Shown here piece by piece: positions 27,294 to 38,055 of a stretch of 44,788 nt of DNA. A program made the position numbers and the translations under genes. The notes beneath the pieces were generated by a model. The model saw only the letters and a list, made by a program, of their open reading frames with translations. It did no database searches and was not told where the DNA came from. The stretch lies in the IMG/VR virus record IMGVR_UViG_3300037243_000055, positions 1 to 44,788 of that record. One strand, written 5' to 3'. The DNA is from a virus. Taxonomy: Duplodnaviria; Caudoviricetes. The stretch's first letter is position 1. Each line of letters starts with the position of its first letter.

Positions 27294-28718
27294 CTAAGCG
27301 CAAACTAGATTTTCCTGCTGTCTTGCGTGTAAGTCACCGTACTTGTCATGCAACTCTTTCCACGCTTTAACACAATTTTCCTCGGTGAAGTCTTTAATCT
27401 TCACAGTATGCTCCATGTCAAAACCTAATTCACCTTCAACGGGGATGGACACAGTAATTCCGTTATGGAAAGTAATTCTACGATCAAAGGCTGTACGAGC
27501 AACAGCATAGACCTCTCGGATGGTTTTTTCGTTGTCTGGACATTCCTGATTAATTGAATCGTGACATTCGTTGATAGTATAATCGTTACACCCATCAAGA
27601 TATAACACGGCAAATCCTGTGTTATCTCCGACAGTGCTTTGTGGGATGTAGCTATAAGCCTCGTTAAAGATTTCGTAATTTGCCTCTCCTTGTCGGAGTC
27701 CGTGAAAGTGTCGTTCTCTCCCAAATGGATTGCGGAGTATATAGCTCCCAAAGACTTGATTTCTAACGTAAGTGTGAAAGACGTCGGATATACTAGGGTC
27801 ATGTTGATTCACTTTCTTAAGTAGCTCATCACATTGAGCTTTGCTGTAAGCCTTGCCTTCTTTTGCAAGCGAGTCTGACATTGTTTGACCGCGCATACCG
27901 TAGTTGTTTGCGTGGCGAGTTTTCTTTCCGAGATATCGCTCGATGCCATCTTTGGTGATCTTGTCCAATGGTAGGCCGAACATAAATGCAGCGAGTTTTG
28001 AGTGCCGATCAACTCTTTGCTGCAACTCATTCAACGCACTCGTATTGCCCGCGAGTGCTGAGACGGGCCAATCCTCAGCACTCATCTGGTCAACGATAAA
28101 GAACAACCGTCCGGGTCGTGCAATTATGCCGCTTCGGAAATCCCGGCTGAGTTCATAATGTTTCGGGAAAGTTTGTGCATTTCCTCCAAGGTTAAAGATG
28201 TGTTTTCGTGATGCGCGACGCCCAGTGACGGTATTCGCAACACCGTAATTGCAGAAAAATTGCCCTTCGTATCTTCTAGAATCGACGTATCGAATTTTAA
28301 GAGTATTGTACTCTCTGACTTCGAGGATTCTTCGGATACATTGGTCGTTTGTTTCTGCGTATATCTTTCGCAGTATAAGCTCTTCAACTGATTCTTCAAA
28401 GGTAATCTCCTTAGTATCTTTATTTTTGCGCCGGACGAGTGGCAACTTGAATCCACGTAGTTTAAGGAACTCTAGGAGTTGTTTACTTGCGTTGATGTTG
28501 AGTGCATCGGTCCCTTTTGCTGGCTTGCTTGCTGCGCCAACATAGACTTTTAAGCCCCAGAGACAGGATAGCTCATCTAGGAGTTGCATATTGTGAGCCT
28601 GTATTTTATATCGCAAATCTGCCATCTGTACTTCGTCGAACAGCATACCACGGTTGTCAATACGGTGATAAGCACAAGCTAGAGCGTGCTCGTAAGTGGA
28701 GGTTACTTTATCTTGCAT
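27294..28718 (-). CDS. polA: DNA polymerase family A, polymerase domain
   Basis: TVTGRRAS, motif A DQMSAE, motif B RYLGKKTRHANNYG, YIPQST, motif C HDS. Confidence 0.9.
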   Translation of the reverse strand: MQDKVTSTYEHALACAYHRIDNRGMLFDEVQMADLRYKIQAHNMQLLDELSCLWGLKVYVGAASKPAKGTDALNINASKQLLEFLKLRGFKLPLVRRKNKDTKEITFEESVEELILRKIYAETNDQCIRRILEVREYNTLKIRYVDSRRYEGQFFCNYGVANTVTGRRASRKHIFNLGGNAQTFPKHYELSRDFRSGIIARPGRLFFIVDQMSAEDWPVSALAGNTSALNELQQRVDRHSKLAAFMFGLPLDKITKDGIERYLGKKTRHANNYGMRGQTMSDSLAKEGKAYSKAQCDELLKKVNQHDPSISDVFHTYVRNQVFGSYILRNPFGRERHFHGLRQGEANYEIFNEAYSYIPQSTVGDNTGFAVLYLDGCNDYTINECHDSINQECPDNEKTIREVYAVARTAFDRRITFHNGITVSIPVEGELGFDMEHTVKIKDFTEENCVKAWKELHDKYGDLHARQQENLVCA

Positions 28719-28855
28719 GGTAGCTTAACCTCAGCCTCTTTGAGTAATTGAGCCTCTGTTTGAGTGCTACACTTTCCTTGATGCCCATCATCGCGCATAC
28801 AATAAGTCACACACATTCCGTTGTGAGTTGTCATTGATTTAGAGCAATAACGCAT
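28703..28855 (-). CDS. Small Cys/His protein (50 aa) between the two polymerase genes, not in the ORF track
   Basis: AAAGGAG RBS; MRYCSKSMTTHNGMCVTYCMRDDGHQGKCSTQTEAQLLKEAEVKLPCKIK; its 3' end overlaps the polymerase start. Confidence 0.65.
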   Translation of the reverse strand: MRYCSKSMTTHNGMCVTYCMRDDGHQGKCSTQTEAQLLKEAEVKLPCKIK

Positions 28856-28881
28856 TTTAGTCTCCTTTAGTATCGGTGACG

Positions 28882-30018
28882 CTAACGCAACTGAGGACGG
28901 TCATTAAACTCATCCTCCTGCGCGAGAAATATCTCAAAAGTAACTGTAGAGTCCAACGCATTGTAGTGAAAGAGCTGTTTCTTATTCTTCGGACTCCAAC
29001 CCTTTCCCTCATCTTTGTAGAACTTTTGTCGCGTGTACTGCTTAGTCTGAAACTGGAGTTTATGTTCAAGCTCCGGCCAGAGAATATGGTGGCGAATTAG
29101 TGTATCCTGACATTTATCAAGGCACACTGTAAATCCTAAAGCCTCCAGAAAATGTGAGTCGAAGCTAAAATAATTCTGTCCGATCTGCGGGACGTTGGTG
29201 TAAAGATAATCCGTCTCCCGCATTATGTTCACACTTTGCCATGGTTCGTAATCCCAAAAGGAGTAGCTCACACCAAAAAATGGGCTATCTGCAAAACTGT
29301 TGGTATAGGGAAAACCGGGATGATTTATAAACGCACTTCCCTTTCCCCTGCTCCGAATCGTCTCAATATCATTAGAGAGATAGCCAAGCTTTGGCTCGCG
29401 AAACTTTTGGAGAATATCCATCAGTTCATAATACGTTGGCTGACAGATTAATTCTCGCTGTGTTTGGGGCTGCAAACTCCCACACTTCGTGTAATAAGCA
29501 TACTCATCTCTGACTCGCCCAAGGTCAATGAAAATTCCAATATTCCTATACGCCCAGTTCCCAACAATATCATCTGGTGATAGCTGTGGAATGGCGTAGT
29601 GTTCGTGCTGGATAAAAGGCGATACAAGCAACGAGCTAGAATACTTATCAAGACTCGCTTCAGGCGCAGATGCAGTTGCATTTTTCTTGCCTTTCTTTCG
29701 CAGAATCGTCTCCGGACATAAAAGCGCCGTTGCAATTTTTCCCGTTGGCAGTAGTATCGGAGGCTTGTAAGCGTTTACAAGAGCCTGGAAATTCTGAATC
29801 GCCGTGTAATCATCCAATGGGGTGTCAAGATCAGGACGCAGGGACATTATAAATGGGGTTATATTACCAAGCCCCGCTTCTTCCCACATCTTTTTATACA
29901 CCCACCCAAACGGGCAGGAGAATAGTATTCCATCCTCCGCATCCCGCTTGAATGGCGTATTCACCACAACCCAGATTGGACTGGATGGGCTGCCGGAATG
30001 TGCGACTAGGTTAGACAT
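28882..30018 (-). CDS. UDG-like domain fused to 3'-5' exonuclease (N-terminal half of a split PolA)
   Basis: N-terminus follows the family-4 UDG pattern (G.P...I.VV...P...D...G..F....G.....M...AGL; P.I.L..GK.A); Exo I DIET, Exo II QN..FD, Exo III YNALD. Confidence 0.82.
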   Translation of the reverse strand: MSNLVAHSGSPSSPIWVVVNTPFKRDAEDGILFSCPFGWVYKKMWEEAGLGNITPFIMSLRPDLDTPLDDYTAIQNFQALVNAYKPPILLPTGKIATALLCPETILRKKGKKNATASAPEASLDKYSSSLLVSPFIQHEHYAIPQLSPDDIVGNWAYRNIGIFIDLGRVRDEYAYYTKCGSLQPQTQRELICQPTYYELMDILQKFREPKLGYLSNDIETIRSRGKGSAFINHPGFPYTNSFADSPFFGVSYSFWDYEPWQSVNIMRETDYLYTNVPQIGQNYFSFDSHFLEALGFTVCLDKCQDTLIRHHILWPELEHKLQFQTKQYTRQKFYKDEGKGWSPKNKKQLFHYNALDSTVTFEIFLAQEDEFNDRPQLR

Positions 30019-30358
30019 TTGCGTCTTTAGTTTCCAAGTAAATACGGAGTATGATGCTGTAAACTGCTAGATCAGTAAGTGTATCAGTAATAGCCTCACC
30101 ACGAACACTTGCTGGCCGCTGAAGTAAATTTGCAATACGTGTAATCTTATCAGTCATTCGAGTGAAAATACCAGCCTCAGCAGTGGCGACCCCAAACTGC
30201 TCAGTCTGTTTAAAATTCTTGAACGCATCTTTAATTCCGGCGTAGTCTTTATTTTTCGCCGTAGTGGTAGCTACAAGCTCCTCACAGATTTCAGTGAAAC
30301 GCTCAAAATACGCCCGATGTGACATAACTACTTCGCTGCGTTTATCTCCGCTTGCCAT
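30011..30358 (-). CDS. Nucleotide-modification-associated domain 1 (Nmad1/DUF1599-like)
   Basis: KNKDYA...F.NF ... RMTDK..RI ... E...DTL.DLAVYSII pattern. Confidence 0.75.
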   Translation of the reverse strand: MASGDKRSEVVMSHRAYFERFTEICEELVATTTAKNKDYAGIKDAFKNFKQTEQFGVATAEAGIFTRMTDKITRIANLLQRPASVRGEAITDTLTDLAVYSIILRIYLETKDANV

Positions 30359-30555
30359 TCAATTTGCTCCTTTTGGATTTGTGTTAGATGGTACGCACAA
30401 CAATGTATCGGAAGTTCGCCAATTATTGTGCCCTTTAGCCGCACATAATGTGTTGCTAGATCAGAACAGCCGGGCCAATTGGACTCCAGAATACACTCTC
30501 TCCGGGATTGAAATTCAGGTTGTGAATCATCACAGACAAACTCACAGATTCGCAT
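30328..30555 (-). CDS. Small Zn-binding protein
   Basis: GGGGAG RBS; Cys/His pattern C...C..A...CCAYH. Confidence 0.55.
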   Translation of the reverse strand: MRICEFVCDDSQPEFQSRRECILESNWPGCSDLATHYVRLKGTIIGELPIHCCAYHLTQIQKEQIEWQAEINAAK

Positions 30556-30577
30556 CGGCTCCCCTAATATAACGACT

Positions 30578-30610
30578 AAAATACGGACGAGGGTTGAAGC
30601 CCCCGCCCGT
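30578..30610 (-). terminator. Intrinsic terminator after the SSB-like gene
   Basis: Minus-strand stem ACGGGCGGGGG/CCCTCGTCCGT (with G-U pairs) followed by ATTTT. Confidence 0.65.
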
Positions 30611-30624
30611 TTTGAGCGTCTGGA

Positions 30625-31107
30625 CTACTTCTTCTTAAAAGTCAAATCCTTCGTGTGCGAAACCTTGGGGAAACGCTGCGCGCAATTCGGAACGTGGCAA
30701 ACAAAATACTTAATGTTGTTATAACGCCCGTCATTCACCAAGAACGCCTCACAGTCCCGACCAAGCAGCGGTCCTTTATACTGCCATTTCTCCGGTTCAG
30801 CATCTGGCCCAACAAAATCGCCCGGAATTGCAAGCGCACCGCCCGGTTGTTCTTCCATCGTCAACCCAAGCGCATGAACCGCATCGTTCTGAATCCACCC
30901 GGCCTTCTCACTGATGAAGATGTTAGTCTTAAACGACTTTCCATCTTTCTGCTGCTGCCCCTGAATTTCATACTCAAACTTCATGTTAGTGCTATCGCCC
31001 TTCGTGCTTTTCTTGCAGGAGATGGCGATAAGCCGCAATTTATACATACCCTCATCAAGTGGCTGTGAACCTTCGATTGATGCAGCAGGAACTCCCATTT
31101 TCGGCAT
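30625..31107 (-). CDS. Single-stranded DNA-binding protein (DUF669-like OB fold)
   Basis: PLDEGMY.L.L......S.KG ... LLGR.C...V...Y.NI pattern; adjacent to the Sak4-like ATPase. Confidence 0.65.
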   Translation of the reverse strand: MPKMGVPAASIEGSQPLDEGMYKLRLIAISCKKSTKGDSTNMKFEYEIQGQQQKDGKSFKTNIFISEKAGWIQNDAVHALGLTMEEQPGGALAIPGDFVGPDAEPEKWQYKGPLLGRDCEAFLVNDGRYNNIKYFVCHVPNCAQRFPKVSHTKDLTFKKK

Positions 31108-31165
31108 GATAATTCTCTTTTCTCTCGGTTTACGAGTTTCGAGTTTCGAGTTTAAGGTTGTATTG

Positions 31166-32907
<1,742 letters not shown>

Positions 32908-32911
<4 letters not shown>

Positions 32912-33024
32912 CGCTTTCGTTTTGGCGCTTCGGCTTTCTTAACCGCCTTACGTGCCGCAGCTACAGCTTTGGTATCCTTGGCTTTCTCATCCTTGGTGAC
33001 TCGCCGCATATCATCATCTGGCAT
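32908..33024 (-). CDS. Small Lys/Ala/Arg-rich peptide (38 aa), not in the ORF track
   Basis: AAAAGGAG RBS; MPDDDMRRVTKDEKAKDTKAVAAARKAVKKAEAPKRKR. Confidence 0.6.
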
Positions 33025-33048
33025 TTAAAGCTCCTTTTAGATTTCAGT

Positions 33049-34212
33049 TTATTTCACGTTATACGGATTCCAAGCCGGGCCAATCTGATAGAATTGCTCT
33101 ATCACCGATTGGCGGCTTGCAGGAGAAACTTCGTGAATTGCCTTGAAAGGGCAATCATGATAATACATCATCGTACAAACCGACGTATTCCAATCCGCAG
33201 CTTCCTCCAAACAAACAAGGCTATAAAGCTTTCCAAAAGTCCGCCGCATACGAAGCACATATTCGTTAAACTCCGCGTCCGTGTAGGACTTGAATGTGCG
33301 TTTAAAACGCTCTTCTGGTGTTTTCTGCTCTTTAAGGCAGATGTGATTTACTACCACAGTGTTTACTTTCTTACCCTCGGCAAGAAACTTATCGCCCATG
33401 AGTGTGTTTAGTGCGTAAGTATAACCACACATTCCATCATGGGGTTTGTAGGAACTACCCTCAGTCCCATCGAAATAAGCAGTCGTCTTATGGTCTAACG
33501 GACCAATTACTATTCCGTTGTCCACAACAAGATCAACCCGTCCGGTGAGATAAGCGCGGAACGGATATTGGAGTGTATGGGTAACTACAATAGGAACTTC
33601 ACGATTACGTCCGAAACTCAACTCCGCCCCAACTATACGAAGCCGCTCTTGACCATTTGCATGGCAAGTGTAATACTGTAGGAGTAGGAGTGCTGCGCCC
33701 TGAAAACCGCGCAGAGCTTTGTACTGCTTAAACTCCGCAAACTCATCCATATTAGCAGCAGTCCACTCAAGTTGACCGAGTTGGATAAAATTCTGTGGGT
33801 TTTGCTGAAACTTCAAACCCTCAGCCAAGGCTAATTTACCGTCAGCATCGAATATTTCACGTCGAAAATTCCACTCCCCTTGCCAATCTTCCTTATGCGC
33901 CTGATAGAAATACTCCATCATTTGATGCATCCAGATACCAAAAGTCAGACTCCAACCTCGACCGCGCCCTTGAATCCGGTTGATAATTCCCTCTACGAAA
34001 TAGCCTTCGCAAGTACGGAGTGAACTGAGCATATGGTTATCAGCATAAATCTCCAGTACTCCATCCTCTGCTAAGGTGAAGATGTTTGGATGCTGTTCCA
34101 CTGCCTTGTACACTGAGCCTGGATAAACCATTTGAGACCCAGGCTCATTTGGGTTAAACTGAGTCTGTTGTGGTAGATTATACTTTACTGGTTCTGTCAT
34201 GCTTTTCTCCAT
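33049..34212 (-). CDS. PD-(D/E)xK nuclease (RecB/Cas4-like exonuclease)
   Basis: FG..MH, AELSF, LTGRVDLVV, LDHKTT; C-terminal C....CPF. Confidence 0.82.
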   Translation of the reverse strand: MEKSMTEPVKYNLPQQTQFNPNEPGSQMVYPGSVYKAVEQHPNIFTLAEDGVLEIYADNHMLSSLRTCEGYFVEGIINRIQGRGRGWSLTFGIWMHQMMEYFYQAHKEDWQGEWNFRREIFDADGKLALAEGLKFQQNPQNFIQLGQLEWTAANMDEFAEFKQYKALRGFQGAALLLLQYYTCHANGQERLRIVGAELSFGRNREVPIVVTHTLQYPFRAYLTGRVDLVVDNGIVIGPLDHKTTAYFDGTEGSSYKPHDGMCGYTYALNTLMGDKFLAEGKKVNTVVVNHICLKEQKTPEERFKRTFKSYTDAEFNEYVLRMRRTFGKLYSLVCLEEAADWNTSVCTMMYYHDCPFKAIHEVSPASRQSVIEQFYQIGPAWNPYNVK

Positions 34213-34246
34213 CGTGGTTAAACTTGCGTTGAGTTAAAGCGAGCAA

Positions 34247-34519
34247 TTACTCTACTCGATCAGTAAATGCCATTTCCTGTTCTATAGTCTCCTCATCGTC
34301 CTCATCGGGATGGAGGTTGAAACCATGTGAGTAGTCATAACAAATAACGTGCGTCGGATCATCCAAATGCAGTCTAACTTTACCGGCACTTGTGAGTATA
34401 GCAGCACGAAACTGTAACAACCCATCTAACATCTCATCCATATCACGATGATGAATACCATCTGGAAATAGAACCGGAATCCTTTTGTGACCACTGGTGT
34501 AAATTAAGTATTTCATCAC
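34247..34519 (-). CDS. Hypothetical protein
   Basis: Overlapping stop/start with the upstream gene; PVLFP..IHH..M ... SAG motif. Confidence 0.55.
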   Translation of the reverse strand: MMKYLIYTSGHKRIPVLFPDGIHHRDMDEMLDGLLQFRAAILTSAGKVRLHLDDPTHVICYDYSHGFNLHPDEDDEETIEQEMAFTDRVE

Positions 34520-35103
34520 TCACCTGCGGCTTTCTGCGGAAATAACACCGCTATTTGTTCTGGACTGAGATTCAACTTCTTCAATGCCGCCGCTATCGCG
34601 TCCAGATTAATAGCCTTCGTTGTTCGAGTCGTTTTAACTGTACTCGTTTGAACTTTCTTACTCACTGTTACAGTGTTACGGCCCGGTAAACTATACGCCT
34701 GTTGTGAACGTTTCACATTACGCGAAGTTATTTCCATCTCCATCTGTGCAACGGTTGCACGATGGTATTCAAACTGAGCTTTTAGATCAGCGTCACTGAG
34801 AGTGGCAATACGCTTTGAGTGCCACACCCAATCAGCTCCCGCGAAGGATAACTGGCGACACCGTGACGTTGTAGTAGTCATGGTATCAGTTTTTTCATTC
34901 CAGTCAGTCTCAGTGCGAGTATGAATCTCATCCTTCACTTGCACATCTGCCATGCAGGAGCGGCAATACTGCGGATCAAAATCACTCCTACAAACAACAC
35001 AGGTTGGTCTGTGACAGCGCGGGCAAGTGTAAACCGTAATGTCACTACACTCATGACACGCTGTTGGTTGTGTTAGCTGAGGTACTAATTCTATTCCTGT
35101 CAT
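34516..35103 (-). CDS. Zn-finger protein (binuclear treble-clef/B-box-like) with coiled coil
   Basis: CHEC...CPRC...CVVC...CRSC. Confidence 0.65.
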   Translation of the reverse strand: MTGIELVPQLTQPTACHECSDITVYTCPRCHRPTCVVCRSDFDPQYCRSCMADVQVKDEIHTRTETDWNEKTDTMTTTTSRCRQLSFAGADWVWHSKRIATLSDADLKAQFEYHRATVAQMEMEITSRNVKRSQQAYSLPGRNTVTVSKKVQTSTVKTTRTTKAINLDAIAAALKKLNLSPEQIAVLFPQKAAGE

Positions 35104-35296
35104 TTAGTAAACTCGCTTTAGGTGTTTGTATATACTCTAACGGTGGAAGTTTTCCCTGTAAGTGCATTTGAACTAAAGAACGCATAGCAACTGAAAGTTC
35201 CCCCGGACGCTTGTAGAGTCGTAATAGCTCTACCTTCATCTCGGCGGGAACTTTAAAATTGATATACTCTGTAGAGTTCTTAACTCGTTTTGACAT
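35051..35296 (-). CDS. Ribbon-helix-helix DNA-binding protein
   Basis: YINFKVP.EMK..L ... LS.AMRSLV..HL pattern; first gene after a promoter. Confidence 0.6.
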   Translation of the reverse strand: MSKRVKNSTEYINFKVPAEMKVELLRLYKRPGELSVAMRSLVQMHLQGKLPPLEYIQTPKASLLNDRNRISTSANTTNSVS

Positions 35297-35323
35297 TAGA
35301 TTCCTCTCGTGCTAACAATTTCA

Positions 35324-35406
35324 ATCATACAGGTGAGAGGAACGTGAGTCAACAACTCTATCTCTAGCCTTTTCAACGACTTAGGGGATGTGACAAAAAG
35401 TGTCAC
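35324..35406 (-). promoter_or_regulatory. Sigma70 promoter with upstream IHF-like site and GTGACA-N5-TGTCAC palindrome (copy 1)
   Basis: TTGACT-17-TATGAT; TTTCAACGACTTA at 35371-35383; palindrome at 35390-35406. Confidence 0.75.
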
Positions 35407-35840
35407 TATTTCTTTGCCTGCAATGCGGCAAGCATTTGTGAAAGCTGTTGCAATTGAGCTGGCGAAAGTTTCTTAGCCGCGCTTGCAATTGGATTAGCTT
35501 CTATTTTCGGCTTAGCCACAGTTTTAGCTGCTGTATTTGGTGTTTCAGCAGCCGTAGGTGCTTTATAGCTCCCCGGTGCAGCTTTAGCTTTAGCCTTAAG
35601 TGTGTCATGAAATACAAGCGCCTGAATCCTACAACACGCCTCGGTAATGTTTCTCACCGTCGCAGTGTAGATATTCTTACACTCCGAGTCGAATTGAATT
35701 AACTCGTCACGGTCAAAACGGTTGTAGTTAGCCTTGAGTTCAGCAGCCACTCCCATAAGCCTACGCCCTATATCAGCGGCATGAAGCTCATGGGAGGTGA
35801 CTATGGAGCGCATTTCAGTTTTTAGCTCTTCTTCGGTCAT
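35406..35840 (-). CDS. Hypothetical helical protein
   Basis: ATGA overlap with the FtsK stop; GGGAG RBS. Confidence 0.6.
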   Translation of the reverse strand: MTEEELKTEMRSIVTSHELHAADIGRRLMGVAAELKANYNRFDRDELIQFDSECKNIYTATVRNITEACCRIQALVFHDTLKAKAKAAPGSYKAPTAAETPNTAAKTVAKPKIEANPIASAAKKLSPAQLQQLSQMLAALQAKK

Positions 35841-37006
35841 GCTGCTCCCTCTTTCCTAGTTTGTGCTCGAATCGTCTTATACATATCCCGAATGTAATCC
35901 AGTTCAGTGATAATCCATGATATATCACTCGCCTTTACAAAGGGTCCGTGATATCTTTGGAGCACTTCTGAGGCTGGCATGGAAATAAGCATATCCCCTT
36001 TTCCAAGAAGCGTTTCTGCTCCGTACTCTCCAAGAATAGTGACAGAGTCAAATCCAGTTGGGAGTTTAAGGCTAACGCGGCAAGGGAAATTTGCTTTAAT
36101 ATCACCACTAACAACTTTAACTGAGGTTCGTTGGGTGCCAGCGATAATGTGTATTCCAACCGCTCGCGCAATTTGTACAAGTCGTTTAAGTTGGTCGTCA
36201 ACTTTCGCGCACTCGCTTGCATCAGAATATTTTTCTCGCTTGGCTTCACGATCTTGCTCCAGTAGATCAGCAAACTCGTCGATAATGAGTACCTTGTAGG
36301 GCATTTTATATCCCATTGCATGATACTCTTGAATGTTTCTGCACGTTGCACCTTGGAGCGTTTGCATACGCTGACGGGCCTCTGAGATCAGAGCCTCCAT
36401 CATCCGAATATACTCCATAAGCTCAGTGCAAACTTCAACTACATTCGGCATCCGCGAGAAAAGCGGGAGATCGAGTTGTTTCGTATCCACGAGAATTAAC
36501 TCTACTTCTTCCCGCGTGAACCGAACTCCAAGACTCGCAATAATCGCGGATTCAAATACACTCTTACCGCTTCCTGTGCTACCTGCCAACAGGATATGTG
36601 GAAGTTCCGTGAGATCGACACTTTGTTTAACTCCAATGTGGTCGATTCCAAGCGGGATAGGGATTCGCTGGGCGAGAGTTTTTTCATCAGTGAGATACCA
36701 GTTAAGGTACTCCTTATAATCAACAAACTTTCTGTCATTATTCGCCGCGAAGATTACCACATCACCTCGAATGCGTTGAATGTTTACCTTGTCAACACCA
36801 GCCGCGAGTGCAAAGTCCTCGGATTTGTTCAGGACTTTAGCGAGTGGAATACTGTGGTGCGGCTTGAAATAATAAGCCGTCACCACAGGACCAAGCTCCA
36901 CATTTACTGGCACTGCTGCAAGATCAAGGGATTTGAATTTCTGAGTAAACTGCGCTACAATGGAGCGTTGAGCTTCAGGAAGCGCGGAAAAATCTGTGAT
37001 ACCCAT
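35837..37006 (-). CDS. FtsK/SpoIIIE motor-domain ATPase (no TM or gamma domain)
   Basis: GPVVT.Y (alpha domain), LPHILLAGSTGSGKS, LIIDEFADL, ARAVGIHIIAGTQR, GAETLLGKGDML. Confidence 0.92.
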   Translation of the reverse strand: MGITDFSALPEAQRSIVAQFTQKFKSLDLAAVPVNVELGPVVTAYYFKPHHSIPLAKVLNKSEDFALAAGVDKVNIQRIRGDVVIFAANNDRKFVDYKEYLNWYLTDEKTLAQRIPIPLGIDHIGVKQSVDLTELPHILLAGSTGSGKSVFESAIIASLGVRFTREEVELILVDTKQLDLPLFSRMPNVVEVCTELMEYIRMMEALISEARQRMQTLQGATCRNIQEYHAMGYKMPYKVLIIDEFADLLEQDREAKREKYSDASECAKVDDQLKRLVQIARAVGIHIIAGTQRTSVKVVSGDIKANFPCRVSLKLPTGFDSVTILGEYGAETLLGKGDMLISMPASEVLQRYHGPFVKASDISWIITELDYIRDMYKTIRAQTRKEGAA

Positions 37007-37017
37007 TGAAACCTCCC

Positions 37018-37224
37018 TTAATCTACATCCTCGTTATCAAACTCTTCATCGTCTTCATCAGCATCATATGTGTAACAATCCTCAATCACTAGGAGTGAGT
37101 TTGATTCCGCATCATAACTGAGCAGTGAGCTACACTCAGGGCAAGTTATATATGATTCATCATCAGGCTGCGTTGCGAGCGTGATATCATCTTCACAACA
37201 AGGGCAAGTGAATGTAAGTACCAT
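37018..37224 (-). CDS. Acidic zinc-ribbon protein (LysW-like architecture)
   Basis: CPCC ... ITCPECSSLL followed by a D/E-rich tail. Confidence 0.6.
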   Translation of the reverse strand: MVLTFTCPCCEDDITLATQPDDESYITCPECSSLLSYDAESNSLLVIEDCYTYDADEDDEEFDNEDVD

Positions 37225-37225
37225 G

Positions 37226-37969
37226 TTAAATTACCTCTCCGCGTTGAATTTTTGCTTTAATTTCTGCGTTCGCCAGCATGAAACGCTTGCCGGGGCTGAG
37301 ATACTTGAGGCCGGATTTAAATGTCTCCGGCCCGGTGAAGTGCATGAAGATTCCGTCTGTCAGTTCTGCGAGCTGTTTCATAAACTCAGCAGCACGAGTA
37401 TCATGCGTGGCACCAATAAAACAAGTGTCAACTGGGATTCCAGCGGCCTTGAGTTTAGTAGAAACAATAGGTAATTGATCGCCTTCGGCTGTTTCGTCAT
37501 CGGCGAAAAAGTTATTACCGCCAAGGTTTCTATCCGTTGGCCCACCATCACTGAAAAGGATGATATGGTTTGAGTCACCCTTCTCAAGAATATACTTGAG
37601 TTTAGTGAAAATTGGAGTTCCGCCCGTGGCCTTTAAACCCGTTGCGTACATCATAAGCTGGGCCATATTGTTAATCATCTTTTGTGGCTTAGCGCATAAT
37701 GGTACAATCGCTACCCCAGTATCATTGGGATTGAGTTGTTGGAGCCATGTTGAAACTCCCTGTTTTGCATTCTTGATCGCACTCCCACACATCGAACCAG
37801 AATCATCGAAGATGAGTGAAATGCGGTTTGGGAATTTAGTCACATCCGTCTCAACTTGAGGCGCAGTTTGACGCCGGGCTGCAATACCACTTCCCGCTGT
37901 CAGCTTACGCACAGTGTTGAGTGCAGTAGTCTCAGCTGGATTAGTCGTTTTGTCTGTTTCGTCTGGCAT
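37226..37969 (-). CDS. von Willebrand factor A (vWA) domain protein
   Basis: MIDAS motif DDSGSM, GGTP, IILFSDGGP, FM..LA..TDG. Confidence 0.9.
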   Translation of the reverse strand: MPDETDKTTNPAETTALNTVRKLTAGSGIAARRQTAPQVETDVTKFPNRISLIFDDSGSMCGSAIKNAKQGVSTWLQQLNPNDTGVAIVPLCAKPQKMINNMAQLMMYATGLKATGGTPIFTKLKYILEKGDSNHIILFSDGGPTDRNLGGNNFFADDETAEGDQLPIVSTKLKAAGIPVDTCFIGATHDTRAAEFMKQLAELTDGIFMHFTGPETFKSGLKYLSPGKRFMLANAEIKAKIQRGEVI

Positions 37970-38055
37970 AGAACTCTTGCTCCTTTAAACTAAAACAACA
38001 TGTCTAGGACAGGGCACTGCGTAAAGGTGCAATGCGCTGTCCTACAGATGCGGGT

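Noticed and set aside
28719-28881. Self-splicing intron interrupting polA
   Set aside because: The gap is only about 160 nt, shows no recognisable group I/II structure, and holds an ORF with its own strong RBS.
33049-34212. Cas4-like nuclease as evidence of a CRISPR system
   Set aside because: It sits in a Sak4/SSB recombination module; no array or other cas genes are present.
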